Shown here piece by piece: positions 10,887 to 20,913 of a stretch of 64,000 nucleotides of DNA (position 1 is its first letter; every line of letters starts with the position of its first letter). The position numbers were made by a program, and so were the translations under genes. Source of the stretch: an uncultured Candidatus Entotheonella sp. (GTDB lineage Bacteria > Tectomicrobia > Entotheonellia > Entotheonellales > Entotheonellaceae); the NCBI GenBank assembly GCA_965217185.1, contig OZ244252.1:352001-416000 (forward strand). The letters run 5' to 3'. The notes below the pieces were generated by a model. It saw only the letters and a program-made list of their open reading frames with translations, was not told the DNA's origin and searched no databases.

Positions 10887-13800
10887 ATGATTCGATATTT
10901 CATTCGGAATGGTGTTGCCGTCTCCGTGTTAAGCATGGCGTTGCTGCTGTTCGGCGTGCTGGCCCTGTTCAGTCTGCCGATCCAGCTCACCCCCGACGTT
11001 TCGGCACCGGTTCTCAGCGTTGTGACCTACTATCCCGGTGCGACCCCGGAGGACATCGAGCAGGACATCCTGATCGATCAGGAACAGTACCTGAAAAGTC
11101 TCCCTGGGCTGGAGAAGATGATCAGCACGGCCTCGATGGGGCAGGCGGAGGTCGAGCTGGAATTCGGGCTGGAGACGAATCAGCAGGAGAACATCGTCCG
11201 CATCAATAACGCCCTTGCGCAGGTGCCCGGCTATCCGGAGAACGTGGACGAGCCGACGATTCAGACGTCCCGCGCGTCCGAGCAGCCGGTGGCCTGGATC
11301 AGTGTGCGGACTCATCCGGATCACCCGGAATCGCTCGATGTGCAGGAGATGTTCGACTACGTGGAGGACCATGTTAAGCCGTATTTCGAGCGGCTGACGG
11401 GCATTTCCAGCGTGCGCGGCGTTTATGGCGGCACCGAACGCCAGATGCAGGTGCTGATCGATCCCACCAAGCTGGCGGACCGCGGCATTGCCATCTCCAA
11501 GGTGCGGGAGGCGATTCGGTCGCGCAATCGCGACGTGTCCGGCGGCGACCTGGACGAGGGCAAGCGACGCTTCAACGTTCGCACGGTCGGCCGTTATGAA
11601 TCCTCCGCCGATATTGAAAACACCATCATCGACATTCAGGACGGCACACCCGTCTACCTGCGCGATGTCGGCTACGCCCGCCTGGGATACGCCGAGAAGC
11701 GTACCCTCATCCGCCAGAATACCGAGCCCGCCCTGGCGTTTGGCCCGCAGCGTAAGCGGGGAACGAACCTGCTGGTCGTCATGGAGCAGGTGCAGGGGGC
11801 CATTCGTGAACTGAATGACGGCCCGTTGCGCGAGAAGGGTATCTACCTGACCCAGGTGACGGACAGTACCAGCTACGTCCGCGACGCGGTCGACATGGTG
11901 CGGTTCAACCTCCTTTTTGGCGGTATGTTGGCCCTTGGCATTCTGCTGATCTTCCTGCGTCACGCCCGTTCCACCCTGATCGTCGGCTTGGCGATTCCGC
12001 TGTGCGTCATCGGTGCCTTCTTCGTGATCAGCGTGTCCGGGCGCTCCATCAACGTCATCTCACTGGCCGGTCTCGCTTTTTCCATCGGTGCGGTCCTCGA
12101 CGCCTCGATCGTCGTTCTGGAAAACATCTACCGGCACCGCTCCATGGGCAAGTCGTCCTTCGACGCGGCCTACGACGGCACCAGCGAAGTGTGGACGGCC
12201 ATCCTGTCCTCGGCGTTGACGAACGTCGTGGTGTTCACGCCCATCATCACGCTGGCGGATGAAGCGGGGCAGATCTTCCGTGACCTCGCCATCGCCATTG
12301 TGGCGGCCAACATCCTGGCTCTGATCGTTTCCATCCTCATCATCCCGCCCCTCGCTGCCCGGCTGCTCACGCGCGTGCCGACGATGGACAGGCCGGGATT
12401 CATAGGGCAGCTCCAGCGCCTGTTCGGGCTGGCACCGCTGGCGGCGAGAATCCACGACGGCCCCTTACGTTCCGCGCTCACCTGGCTGATGGGCGGCGTC
12501 ATCCGGCGCATCTTCGTCACAGCGGCGGTCCTGGCCGTTGCGGTGGCGTGCATCGTGGTTTTCATGCCCAAGACGGAATACCTGCCGGAAGGCAATCGGC
12601 AGACCATTATCGGCGTCCTGATCCCGCCGCAGGGTTACGGCATGCCCGAAATCACGGCGATTGGGCAGGAACTGGAGAAGCGGGTGAAGCCGATGCTGGA
12701 TGCCTCCATAGCCGATTTCGAGGAAGGTCGAGTGGAGGTGCCGCCGCTGAAATACTTCTTCTTCGCGGCATTCCGCAATCGCATGTTCCTGTTCACCCGC
12801 CCGAAGAGCCGGGACCACCTGTCCGCCGTGCCGCCTGCTCTGCAGCGTCTCATGAGCGACGTGCCGGGCACGATCGCCTTCGCTCTGAAAATGTCCATTT
12901 TCAGCCGCGACATCATGGGCTCGCGGGCAATCAACGTCGATGTCATCGGGCCCGACGTAAAGGTCCTGACGAACATTGCGCAGGCGTCCTTCTTCAAGGT
13001 CCTGGAGACGATGCCCGGGGCACGACCCGAACCCAAGCCGGGCATTGAGATCGGCCAGCCGCAGGTCATCATACGGCCCGACTGGGAGCGTGCCGCACAG
13101 CTCGGGATCGACGTGCAGGACATCGGTTACAGCACCTGGGTGCTGGGCGATGGTGCTTACGTGGACGACTATTACCAAGACGGCGACAAGATGGACCTGT
13201 ACCTCTATTCCACTATGGGCGCCTACGACACCCTGGGGAATTTTGAGACCATGCGCATTGCGACGCGATCAGGCGATACGGTGCCCCTGTCTGATGTCGC
13301 CAGCATTAATTTTACCTACGGCCTGGAACGCATTCGTCGCGTGGATAACCAGCGCGCGGTGACCCTGCGGATTACCCCGCCGGGCAGTATCTCGCTGGAA
13401 GAGGCGATTGAAGTCGTGCAAAACAACATTATCGGCGCCATGCAATCGGAGGGCTTGGTGCCGCCGGGATACACCATGCAGATCAGCGGCACCAGCGACA
13501 AGCTGGCGGCCATCCGCGCCAAGCTCAGCACCGATTTCCTGCTGGCGCTGATGTTGACGTATCTCACGATGGTTCTGGTATTCCGCCACTGGGGTTACCC
13601 GCTTACCGTGATGCTGTCCGTTCCCATCGGTTTGACGGGGGGCGTGCTGGGTCTCTGGGTGCTCAACCGCTATCTGGACATCGTCAGCCCGGGCACGATT
13701 CAATCCCTGGACGTTCTGACCATGCTCGGCTTCGTGATTCTGCTGGGCAGCGTCATCAACAATCCCATTCTGATCGTTCAGCAGGCGGTCAACTTCATGC

Positions 13801-14111
13801 GGCAGGGTCTGGATCCCCATCAGGCGATTGTGGAGTCGACGCTCACCCGCATACGACCGATCATGATGACGACGGGAACCACCATTTTCGGCCTGATGCC
13901 GCTGGTGCTGAATCCCGGTGCCGGCAGCGAGTTGTACCGCGGGCTCGGCATAGTCATGTTCGGCGGCCTCATTCTGGGCACCGCCACGACCATCGTTTTC
14001 ATCCCGGCTGTCATGTCGCTCATGTTTGACTTTGTCGGGCTGCTGCGGCGACAGAGCAACCTCGCTGCTGCTGCCGTGACGCCGCTCGCCAGCGAAGCCG
14101 GTAGCGACTAG
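10887..14111 (+). CDS. Efflux RND transporter permease (AcrB/CusA family)
   Basis: 1074 aa; SLAGLAFSIGAVLDASIVVLENIYRH and RIRPIMMTT motifs; 12-TM pattern. Confidence 0.95.
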   Translation: MIRYFIRNGVAVSVLSMALLLFGVLALFSLPIQLTPDVSAPVLSVVTYYPGATPEDIEQDILIDQEQYLKSLPGLEKMISTASMGQAEVELEFGLETNQQENIVRINNALAQVPGYPENVDEPTIQTSRASEQPVAWISVRTHPDHPESLDVQEMFDYVEDHVKPYFERLTGISSVRGVYGGTERQMQVLIDPTKLADRGIAISKVREAIRSRNRDVSGGDLDEGKRRFNVRTVGRYESSADIENTIIDIQDGTPVYLRDVGYARLGYAEKRTLIRQNTEPALAFGPQRKRGTNLLVVMEQVQGAIRELNDGPLREKGIYLTQVTDSTSYVRDAVDMVRFNLLFGGMLALGILLIFLRHARSTLIVGLAIPLCVIGAFFVISVSGRSINVISLAGLAFSIGAVLDASIVVLENIYRHRSMGKSSFDAAYDGTSEVWTAILSSALTNVVVFTPIITLADEAGQIFRDLAIAIVAANILALIVSILIIPPLAARLLTRVPTMDRPGFIGQLQRLFGLAPLAARIHDGPLRSALTWLMGGVIRRIFVTAAVLAVAVACIVVFMPKTEYLPEGNRQTIIGVLIPPQGYGMPEITAIGQELEKRVKPMLDASIADFEEGRVEVPPLKYFFFAAFRNRMFLFTRPKSRDHLSAVPPALQRLMSDVPGTIAFALKMSIFSRDIMGSRAINVDVIGPDVKVLTNIAQASFFKVLETMPGARPEPKPGIEIGQPQVIIRPDWERAAQLGIDVQDIGYSTWVLGDGAYVDDYYQDGDKMDLYLYSTMGAYDTLGNFETMRIATRSGDTVPLSDVASINFTYGLERIRRVDNQRAVTLRITPPGSISLEEAIEVVQNNIIGAMQSEGLVPPGYTMQISGTSDKLAAIRAKLSTDFLLALMLTYLTMVLVFRHWGYPLTVMLSVPIGLTGGVLGLWVLNRYLDIVSPGTIQSLDVLTMLGFVILLGSVINNPILIVQQAVNFMRQGLDPHQAIVESTLTRIRPIMMTTGTTIFGLMPLVLNPGAGSELYRGLGIVMFGGLILGTATTIVFIPAVMSLMFDFVGLLRRQSNLAAAAVTPLASEAGSD

Positions 14112-14186
14112 GAGGAGGTATAGCGGACGCCCTATCGCCGTCCGGTTTGAGTTTTCGGTCACAACGAAATGAAAGGGGAGTCGGAT

Positions 14187-15128
14187 ATGATACTCGGCAG
14201 TGGTGACTTACGCTTCGAACCGGTGGTCGATTGGGAAAAGCTGCCGGAGGGTTGGTCGTTCGTCGACGTCGCCGGTGTGGCGGTCGATTCCCACGACAAC
14301 GTGTACGTCCTGAACCGCAGCGAGCACCCCGTCATCGTTTTCGACCGCGACGGGAATTTCCTGCGCTCTTGGGGCGAGGGTGCTTTCAGCGACCGTACGC
14401 ACGGTATTTACATCGCGCCCGATGACAGCGTCTATTGCGTAGATGACGGCCTGCACACGGTCCGCAAGTTCACTCCCGAAGGCAAGCTGCTCCTCACCCT
14501 CGGCACGGAAAGCCAGCCGGCCCCCAAATGGGCCGGCAAGCCCTTCAACCGCCCGACGCACGTGGCGGCCTCGCCAATTACGGGCAACCTCTATGTCTCC
14601 GACGGTTACGGCAACTCCCGCGTGCACATCTTCACGCCCGACGGGCGGCCCGTGCATTCCTGGGGCGAGCCCGGCATTGATCCCGGACAGTTCATCCGCC
14701 CGCACAACGTGGCCATCGACAAGGATGATCAGGTGTACGTTGCCGACCGCGAGAACCACCGTATTCAGGTCTTCGACGCCAAGGGCAATTACCTCACCAT
14801 GTGGAACAACATCCACCGTCCCGACGGCATCTGCCTCGACAACGAAGGTCATCTGTATATCGGTGAGTTGAACGGTATGGCCGGCGTCGATGACGCGCCC
14901 GGCTTGGGACACCGGGTGAGCATCTACAACCTGAATGGCGAGTTGCAGACACGTTTTGGCGACCCCGAGGAGGGGGAGGGGCCGGGCCAATTCATCGCAC
15001 CGCATGGGGTGGGCGTCGACTCACGCGGCGACGTCTATGTCGGCGACGTGGCCTACACCATTCGCGGGCGACACCTCGAGCCGCCGCGGGAATTGAAATG
15101 TCTGCGGAAGTTCAGCCGGCAACGATAG
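14187..15128 (+). CDS. NHL-repeat beta-propeller (peptidyl-alpha-hydroxyglycine alpha-amidating lyase-like)
   Basis: Repeats such as YVSDGYGNSRV, GQFIRPHNVA and YVADRENHRIQVF. Confidence 0.88.
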   Translation: MILGSGDLRFEPVVDWEKLPEGWSFVDVAGVAVDSHDNVYVLNRSEHPVIVFDRDGNFLRSWGEGAFSDRTHGIYIAPDDSVYCVDDGLHTVRKFTPEGKLLLTLGTESQPAPKWAGKPFNRPTHVAASPITGNLYVSDGYGNSRVHIFTPDGRPVHSWGEPGIDPGQFIRPHNVAIDKDDQVYVADRENHRIQVFDAKGNYLTMWNNIHRPDGICLDNEGHLYIGELNGMAGVDDAPGLGHRVSIYNLNGELQTRFGDPEEGEGPGQFIAPHGVGVDSRGDVYVGDVAYTIRGRHLEPPRELKCLRKFSRQR

Positions 15129-15265
15129 GCAGGCCGGTGTTCATCTGGTGTATAGCCCAATGGACAAACGGCGCCTGAAAATGTTCTGAACAAGTCGCTA
15201 GGGTCATGCAACCGCCGAGCGGCACTGTGACTTTGATATCAATACGCCCTGATTGGGGGAGAGTC

Positions 15266-15814
15266 ATGTCAGGTACGTTGTCGACGGCAACGTTTGGAAC
15301 CGGGTGTTTCTGGTGCACGGAGGCGGTGTTCCTGGAGGTTAAGGGCGTGCATCGCGTGGTGTCCGGCTATGCCGGCGGCCACACGAAAAATCCGACCTAT
15401 CAGCAAATCTGCACGGGCACGACCGGCCATGCGGAGGTCATCCAGATCACCTTCGATCCCGCCGTCATTGCCTTCGAGGACCTGCTCGAGGTGTTTTGGC
15501 GCACCCACGATCCCACCACGCTGAACCGACAAGGGGCTGACGTCGGCACGCAGTACCGGTCGGTGATCTTCTATCACGACGAAGAGCAGCGGATGAGCGC
15601 CGAAAAATCGAAGCAGGAGACGGACGCTTCCGGGTTGTGGAAAGATCAGATCGTTACCGAAATCACGCCTTTCGACACGTTCTACACCGCCGAGGGCTAC
15701 CATCAGGAATTCTACCAGCGCAACCCGCACCAGCCGTATTGCTTCGTGATCATCGACCCCAAAATGAAGAAGTTTCGCAAGGACATGCCGGACATGCTCA
15801 AGACCGCGAAGTAA
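15266..15814 (+). CDS. msrA: Peptide-methionine (S)-S-oxide reductase
   Basis: GCFWC, GTTGHAE, HDPTTLNRQGADVGTQYRS and AEGYHQ motifs. Confidence 0.96.
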   Translation: MSGTLSTATFGTGCFWCTEAVFLEVKGVHRVVSGYAGGHTKNPTYQQICTGTTGHAEVIQITFDPAVIAFEDLLEVFWRTHDPTTLNRQGADVGTQYRSVIFYHDEEQRMSAEKSKQETDASGLWKDQIVTEITPFDTFYTAEGYHQEFYQRNPHQPYCFVIIDPKMKKFRKDMPDMLKTAK

Positions 15815-15824
15815 TCCCGCCGTC

Positions 15825-16766
15825 TTAGCCCTGCTCCCCGCGCTCCTTTTGCAAGACCTCTTGAAGCACATCCTGCGGCACACGCACCTCAACCCCTGCA
15901 CGTTCTTCCTGCAACAGCATGGCCGCACGCGAATCCCGTTGCCCCCAACCCTTGTTCAGAGCTTCGGTGAGTTCCGCCAGCGTCAGGTTGGCGAGACGCA
16001 TGGGCACATCGAATTCGCGGCCGACCTCCACGGCCAGCGATACGTCCTTGCGGGCCAGTCGGAGGGCAAAATCGGGCGGGTCGAACCGGCCCGGCAGGTA
16101 GTTTTGCGCCAAGCCGTCGAAGGTCTGCCGCCGACCGAGGGCGCCTTGGCGGACCGCCTGCCATAGCGCCAACGGCTCGACGCCCGCCTTGACGCCCATG
16201 GTGAAGGTCTCGGCGAGCGCCGTTTGCAGGATGTAGCCGGTGCAGTTGTGCACCAGCTTGGCGACGGACCCCGTGCCGATGGCGCCGACGTAGAACGCTT
16301 GGTCGCCGATGGCGTCAAGAACGGGCTTGCAGCGCTCGAAAACGGTCTTGTCGCCGCCGACCCAGATGGCCAGCCTGCCGCTGCGGGCGCCCTGCGGCCC
16401 GCCGCTGACCGGGGCGTCCAGCAGGTGCGCACCGCAGGCCGCGAAGGCGTCGTGGATGTGGCGGACCAGCGTCGGTGAATTGGTGCTCAGGTCGAAGTAA
16501 ACCTTGCCGGGGCTGATGCCTGACAGAATGCCGTGCTCGCCAAGGGCGACGGCTTCCACCTCCGGCGGCCCCGGCAGGGAGGTGAACAGGATGTCACTGG
16601 CCTCGGCCACTTCCTGCGCGCTATCGGCCCACACGGCGCCGGCTTCCAGGTGCGGCCCGGCGGCGTCTCGGTTGACGTCATTTACGGTGAGATGGTGACC
16701 GGCCTTGATAACGTTGAGGGCCATGCTCGACCCCATGGTTCCCAGGCCGATGAATCCGAGTTCCAT
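15825..16766 (-). CDS. NAD(P)-dependent oxidoreductase, 3-hydroxyisobutyrate dehydrogenase family
   Basis: GFIGLGTMG, DAPVSGG, AKLVHN, KD motifs. Confidence 0.9.
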   Translation of the reverse strand: MELGFIGLGTMGSSMALNVIKAGHHLTVNDVNRDAAGPHLEAGAVWADSAQEVAEASDILFTSLPGPPEVEAVALGEHGILSGISPGKVYFDLSTNSPTLVRHIHDAFAACGAHLLDAPVSGGPQGARSGRLAIWVGGDKTVFERCKPVLDAIGDQAFYVGAIGTGSVAKLVHNCTGYILQTALAETFTMGVKAGVEPLALWQAVRQGALGRRQTFDGLAQNYLPGRFDPPDFALRLARKDVSLAVEVGREFDVPMRLANLTLAELTEALNKGWGQRDSRAAMLLQEERAGVEVRVPQDVLQEVLQKERGEQG

Positions 16767-16799
16767 GCCGTGCTCCTTCCTCCAAGTTGGCGTCCGTGT

Positions 16800-17474
16800 T
16801 TACCGTTCACGCAGTTTTTCCAGGGAGAAGTCGTCGCTGTTGATCCAGTCCCGGTAGGCGGCTTCGGCGTCCAGCACCTTACGCGACTCGGCGATGACGT
16901 CGCGGGCGATTTTCAGTGGGATGGTGACCACGCCGTTGGCATCGGCGTGGATCAGGTCGCCGGGCTGCACCCGCACGCGGCTCACTTCAACGGGCACCTG
17001 GGCTTCGAGAAATCCGAAGTTGCCGTGTGCCGGCACCATGCCCGGCGCGAAGTAGTGGAAACCCATCTCTCGCACGGTGTCCACGTCGCGCACCCCGCCG
17101 TCCGTGACCAGGCCGATAGCGCCCAGCCGTTGCGTCACCGTCGTCAGGCCGTCGCCGAAATGACAGCCGTGGAGTGGCTTGGGGCCCACGTCCTTCAGCA
17201 CCAGCACCACGGGCTTCGGCGAGTTGTGGATCGCCTCGAAGCATTTCAGGCGCGCTTCCTTGTCGTGCACCCGCCCGTGCGTGGTGGTGTCGAGCGTTGC
17301 GGTTACGGCGTATCCGACCATGACGCCGAGTTCGGGGAACATGCACCGAATGTCCCAGCCCATGAAGCCGTCGGTGTCGCTGCGCACCTTGAAGGGCTCA
17401 ATGGCGTTGGCTATAGTAGGCGTGTCGATTTGCCGTAAGGCGTTCAATTCGCTATCGGTCAGCGCATTCTGCAC
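16800..17474 (-). CDS. RraA family / HMG aldolase-like protein
   Basis: DTPTIANAIE, GLVTDGGVRD, GDLIHADANGVV; GTG start at 17474 with AAGGAG RBS. Confidence 0.85.
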   Translation of the reverse strand: MQNALTDSELNALRQIDTPTIANAIEPFKVRSDTDGFMGWDIRCMFPELGVMVGYAVTATLDTTTHGRVHDKEARLKCFEAIHNSPKPVVLVLKDVGPKPLHGCHFGDGLTTVTQRLGAIGLVTDGGVRDVDTVREMGFHYFAPGMVPAHGNFGFLEAQVPVEVSRVRVQPGDLIHADANGVVTIPLKIARDVIAESRKVLDAEAAYRDWINSDDFSLEKLRER

Positions 17475-17555
17475 GTCATCTTCTCCTTGGTGTCGGGTAT
17501 GGTCACACAGTTTCAATCGGCTGCATAAATCCTATACGGAAAGGTAGTGGACAGT

Positions 17556-18467
17556 ATGGCAACAACGGTGCTTATGACCGGCGCAACAGGGTACATTGCC
17601 AACCAGCTTTTACCCACCTTCGCCGAGACGTACAAGATGGTGCTGGTGGACGTGAAGGAAGAGAATCGGGCGGGGGAACGCGTCGAGGGTGTCGTGCTGG
17701 CCGACCTGATCGACACGGATCGCAGCAAGTACGCGCATCTGTTCGAGGGTGTGGACGCGGTGGTGCACCTGGGCTACACGCGCCGGACGGGCGACCCGCT
17801 GGACCATTTCTACGACGAGAACCGCAACGTCGTTATGGCCTATAACGTGCTGCGCTGCGCCTACGAAGCCGGCACCTCACGCGTCGTTATCGCCAGCTCC
17901 AACCACGCCGCCGACTGGTACGAGCACAACCTCATTCACGCCGGCAAGATGGACGTGCTCGACCCCTTTCTCCTGCCCTTGTCGGACAACTTCTACGGCT
18001 GGGCCAAGGCGACTTACGAACATATGGGCTTCCTGTTTGCCTGCGGTTTCGGCGATTTCGTCGACGCCAGCGGTCGTCAGCAGCACACCCGGCCCATTAC
18101 CACTCAGAGCAAGATGGGCGTCGTCATGGTGCGCATCGGCGCGCCGCGTGAGTTGGACCCGAGCCTGTACCAGGGCGACCCGGCCAATTACAAGCGCGAC
18201 CTCGGCGCCTACATCAGCCCCCGCGATCTCACCCAACTCATCGCCAAGGCCGTGGAAGCGCCCAACATCGAGAACGAACACGGCATTCCCTGGCAGGTCG
18301 TCTACGGCATCAGCAACAACACTCGCGCCTTCTGGTCGCTGACCAGCGCCCGCCGCGTGCTGGGCTACGAGCCGCAGGACGATTCGGAGGTCAAGTTCGC
18401 CAAGGACATCCAGCGGCTCCTGCACGACGCCGGCGCGCCGGGCGGCAAGGTTGGCCCGCCTGCCTAA
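17556..18467 (+). CDS. NAD-dependent epimerase/dehydratase (uronate dehydrogenase-like SDR)
   Basis: TGATGYIA, ASSNHA, YGWAK, YGISNN, LGYEPQD. Confidence 0.8.
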   Translation: MATTVLMTGATGYIANQLLPTFAETYKMVLVDVKEENRAGERVEGVVLADLIDTDRSKYAHLFEGVDAVVHLGYTRRTGDPLDHFYDENRNVVMAYNVLRCAYEAGTSRVVIASSNHAADWYEHNLIHAGKMDVLDPFLLPLSDNFYGWAKATYEHMGFLFACGFGDFVDASGRQQHTRPITTQSKMGVVMVRIGAPRELDPSLYQGDPANYKRDLGAYISPRDLTQLIAKAVEAPNIENEHGIPWQVVYGISNNTRAFWSLTSARRVLGYEPQDDSEVKFAKDIQRLLHDAGAPGGKVGPPA

Positions 18468-18473
18468 TCAGCT

Positions 18474-19328
18474 TCACGCCTTTGCCCACAGGCGCCGCAG
18501 GTACGCGGCGTCTTCCCGTGCCCACGCCTCCAGGTTCGGCGGCGTCTCATCAGCGTAGCCGACCTGCCGGATGATGGACTCGTCGAAGCCGTACTCGGTG
18601 TGCACCGAAAATGGGCCGTCGTAGCCCAGAATCTTCAACGCCCCCAGCGCCCGGCGCCAGTTGACCGCGCCGCTGCCGAGCTTGACGAAGCGCGGCAGAA
18701 ACGGCGGCTCGCTCCCTTCAGGCTGCGGGGCGTGAAAGGCGTCTTTAATGCCGATGATCGACAGGTAATTCCGCACCATCGCCAGCCCCATGTCGTAATC
18801 CTCACCGTCCAGAATCATGTGCCCCAGGTCCGGGTAAGCGCCGATCCACCGCGCGTCCAAATCGCGCAGCAAGTGCATCATGCCGGCGCAGTTGGAACCC
18901 AGCACTGGGCCGCTGTGGAGTTGGTAAACGGTCTGCACGCCGTGTTTCCGGCCGATCTCCGCGAACCGTTCCAGATTTCGACGCCCGGCGTCCACCAAGG
19001 CCCAGTAGTCGTCCCCTGGCTTGAAGGGAAAGAACCCGAGCTTCACGCGGGGAACCCCGGCAGCCGCGCAACCGGCGTACAGCGGTTCGACGTCCGGGGC
19101 ATCGGGATCGATCCAGGAGATGGGGGTGGTTGCCAGCGGACAGATGAGGCCCTGTTCCCGCCAGATGCGAACGGCCTGCGGCAGCGCCGTTTCGGCGTTG
19201 TCGGGATTGACTGGGTGGCCGGGACGCACGTTGACGTCAACACCGTCGAAGCCCAGCGCGCGCACCTTGTCGCCGAGGTCCGGGACGCTCAGGGCATGGA
19301 AGAATTTGGAGTTGAGCACGATCTCCAT
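18474..19328 (-). CDS. Sugar phosphate isomerase/epimerase (xylose isomerase-like TIM barrel)
   Basis: GFDGVDVNVRPG, DLGH, IKD, GYDGPFSVHTEY. Confidence 0.8.
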   Translation of the reverse strand: MEIVLNSKFFHALSVPDLGDKVRALGFDGVDVNVRPGHPVNPDNAETALPQAVRIWREQGLICPLATTPISWIDPDAPDVEPLYAGCAAAGVPRVKLGFFPFKPGDDYWALVDAGRRNLERFAEIGRKHGVQTVYQLHSGPVLGSNCAGMMHLLRDLDARWIGAYPDLGHMILDGEDYDMGLAMVRNYLSIIGIKDAFHAPQPEGSEPPFLPRFVKLGSGAVNWRRALGALKILGYDGPFSVHTEYGFDESIIRQVGYADETPPNLEAWAREDAAYLRRLWAKA

Positions 19329-19356
19329 GGGCTCTTTCATCACGCAACGTGGCGCG

Positions 19357-20682
19357 TTACGAGCCGCCGCCGGCCGCGTGCAGCGCCGTCGGAAGCGAAT
19401 CGGCCAATTCGCCCTGTTCATCGAACGGCCAGAGCTCCGGCTCGCCAAGAATGTCGAAGCGATCGTCATGGCGCAAGGCGTCGGCCAGCACCTCCGACAC
19501 CTCGAAGTGCGTGACCGCCAGGGTGTTGCGTACGCGCACGACGCGGCAATCCAGCGGCTCCACCCGCGGCACGGACTTGATGGCCAGGGCCACGGCTTCC
19601 TGAGCGGTGTTCATGATGAGGGGGATGGCGCCGCCGTCCAGATAGGCGGAGGCGATGATGTTGGCGTAGAAGGCGCTGAAGTCGATCTTGCGAAAGAGCT
19701 TCATGGTGATCACGTCGGCCAGCGAAATGCCCGCCGCGTTGCCGTGCGAGGCGTCCGTCAGGTCCAGAACGACGATGCGCTTGACGCGCGGCGTGTCGAA
19801 TCCCTCGATGCCCCGATTGTTGCGGCCCGTGACGTTGGGATCGAAGCCCGCGCCGCTGACGTTCTTGCCCATTTCTTCGATGACCAGCACGTCGATGTCG
19901 TCAATGGCGAGGCGGCCCATGGATTGCTTCGCCAGCGCCTGCAGGGTGGCCTCGCGCTCCAGCAGGCGTTCGGCGGCGATGGCTTCGACGAGCATAGTGT
20001 CGTCGTGGGCGTTCTCCACAATGCCGACGCCGAATCGGAAGGGCGCCTCGCGCATGATGAGACGGGCGGCGGCGGGCAGCACCTCGGGAAAGTGGTCCAT
20101 GCCCTGGCTGTGCAGCGTGGTGGCGCCGCGAATTTTCCCCATGCCGATGGTCATCATCTTGACGATGCCGCTCTCGATGTCGCCGCGGAAACTGGTGTGG
20201 GGCTTGATGCGATTGACCAGCACGATGCCGTCGGCTTCCGCCGCATAAGCGTCGGCGTGGACCGGCAGGCCGCTTTCGAGTTGCCCTAACACCTTGGTGT
20301 CCATGGTGGCGCGGATGGGGGCGCCCACCGCCGCCTCGGTCAGACCGTAGTCTTCCAGCACTTGTCGCTGGCCCTCGGCGTTACTGGCGCCGTGGCTGCC
20401 CATGGCCGGAAATAGGAAGGGGTCGCCGCCGAGCGATTTGATGCCGTCCACGACAGCCTTGACGACGGCCTGGATGTTGGCGATGCCGCGGCTGCTGCAG
20501 CCGATGGCGATACGCTCGCCCGGCTTGATCTTGGCCGCGATCTCGGGCTTCTTGAATTGCTCGGCGACGGTCTCGGGAATGTTGTCTACGCGCGTGGTCT
20601 GGGCCTTCTGCCGTACCGGCACCATGCGGGGCAGGGGGATATCCAGACCGCCGGCGATATTGACGTCGATGTGATCGATCAT
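19357..20682 (-). CDS. Lactate racemase (LarA) N-terminal domain / DUF2088-type protein
   Basis: SSRGIANI, PAMGSHG, NRIKPHT, GKNVSGAGFDPNVTGR, SHGNAAG. Confidence 0.75.
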   Translation of the reverse strand: MIDHIDVNIAGGLDIPLPRMVPVRQKAQTTRVDNIPETVAEQFKKPEIAAKIKPGERIAIGCSSRGIANIQAVVKAVVDGIKSLGGDPFLFPAMGSHGASNAEGQRQVLEDYGLTEAAVGAPIRATMDTKVLGQLESGLPVHADAYAAEADGIVLVNRIKPHTSFRGDIESGIVKMMTIGMGKIRGATTLHSQGMDHFPEVLPAAARLIMREAPFRFGVGIVENAHDDTMLVEAIAAERLLEREATLQALAKQSMGRLAIDDIDVLVIEEMGKNVSGAGFDPNVTGRNNRGIEGFDTPRVKRIVVLDLTDASHGNAAGISLADVITMKLFRKIDFSAFYANIIASAYLDGGAIPLIMNTAQEAVALAIKSVPRVEPLDCRVVRVRNTLAVTHFEVSEVLADALRHDDRFDILGEPELWPFDEQGELADSLPTALHAAGGGS

Positions 20683-20913
20683 GGCGTACGCTCTTTCGTG
20701 TTTGAGTGAGGTAGGACGGGGTTCAAGGGCGAACGAGGCGCTAGTATATCACGCTCCACCAGACCCGACGGTGAGCGCCCGTGCGGGCTTTGACGGGCGG
20801 GTTGAGGCGAAAGTTTTTTATAGGCACTTGGGGGCGTTTGTCCTATGATGGCGCGTCCTGTAAGCCTCACATCATCCACGCGGGGCGGCGCCCCGTCATG
20901 AGGTAGCCGAGTC

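Noticed and set aside
15266..15814. Selenocysteine form of MsrA
   Set aside because: The active site is GCFWC encoded by TGT/TGC; there is no in-frame TGA.
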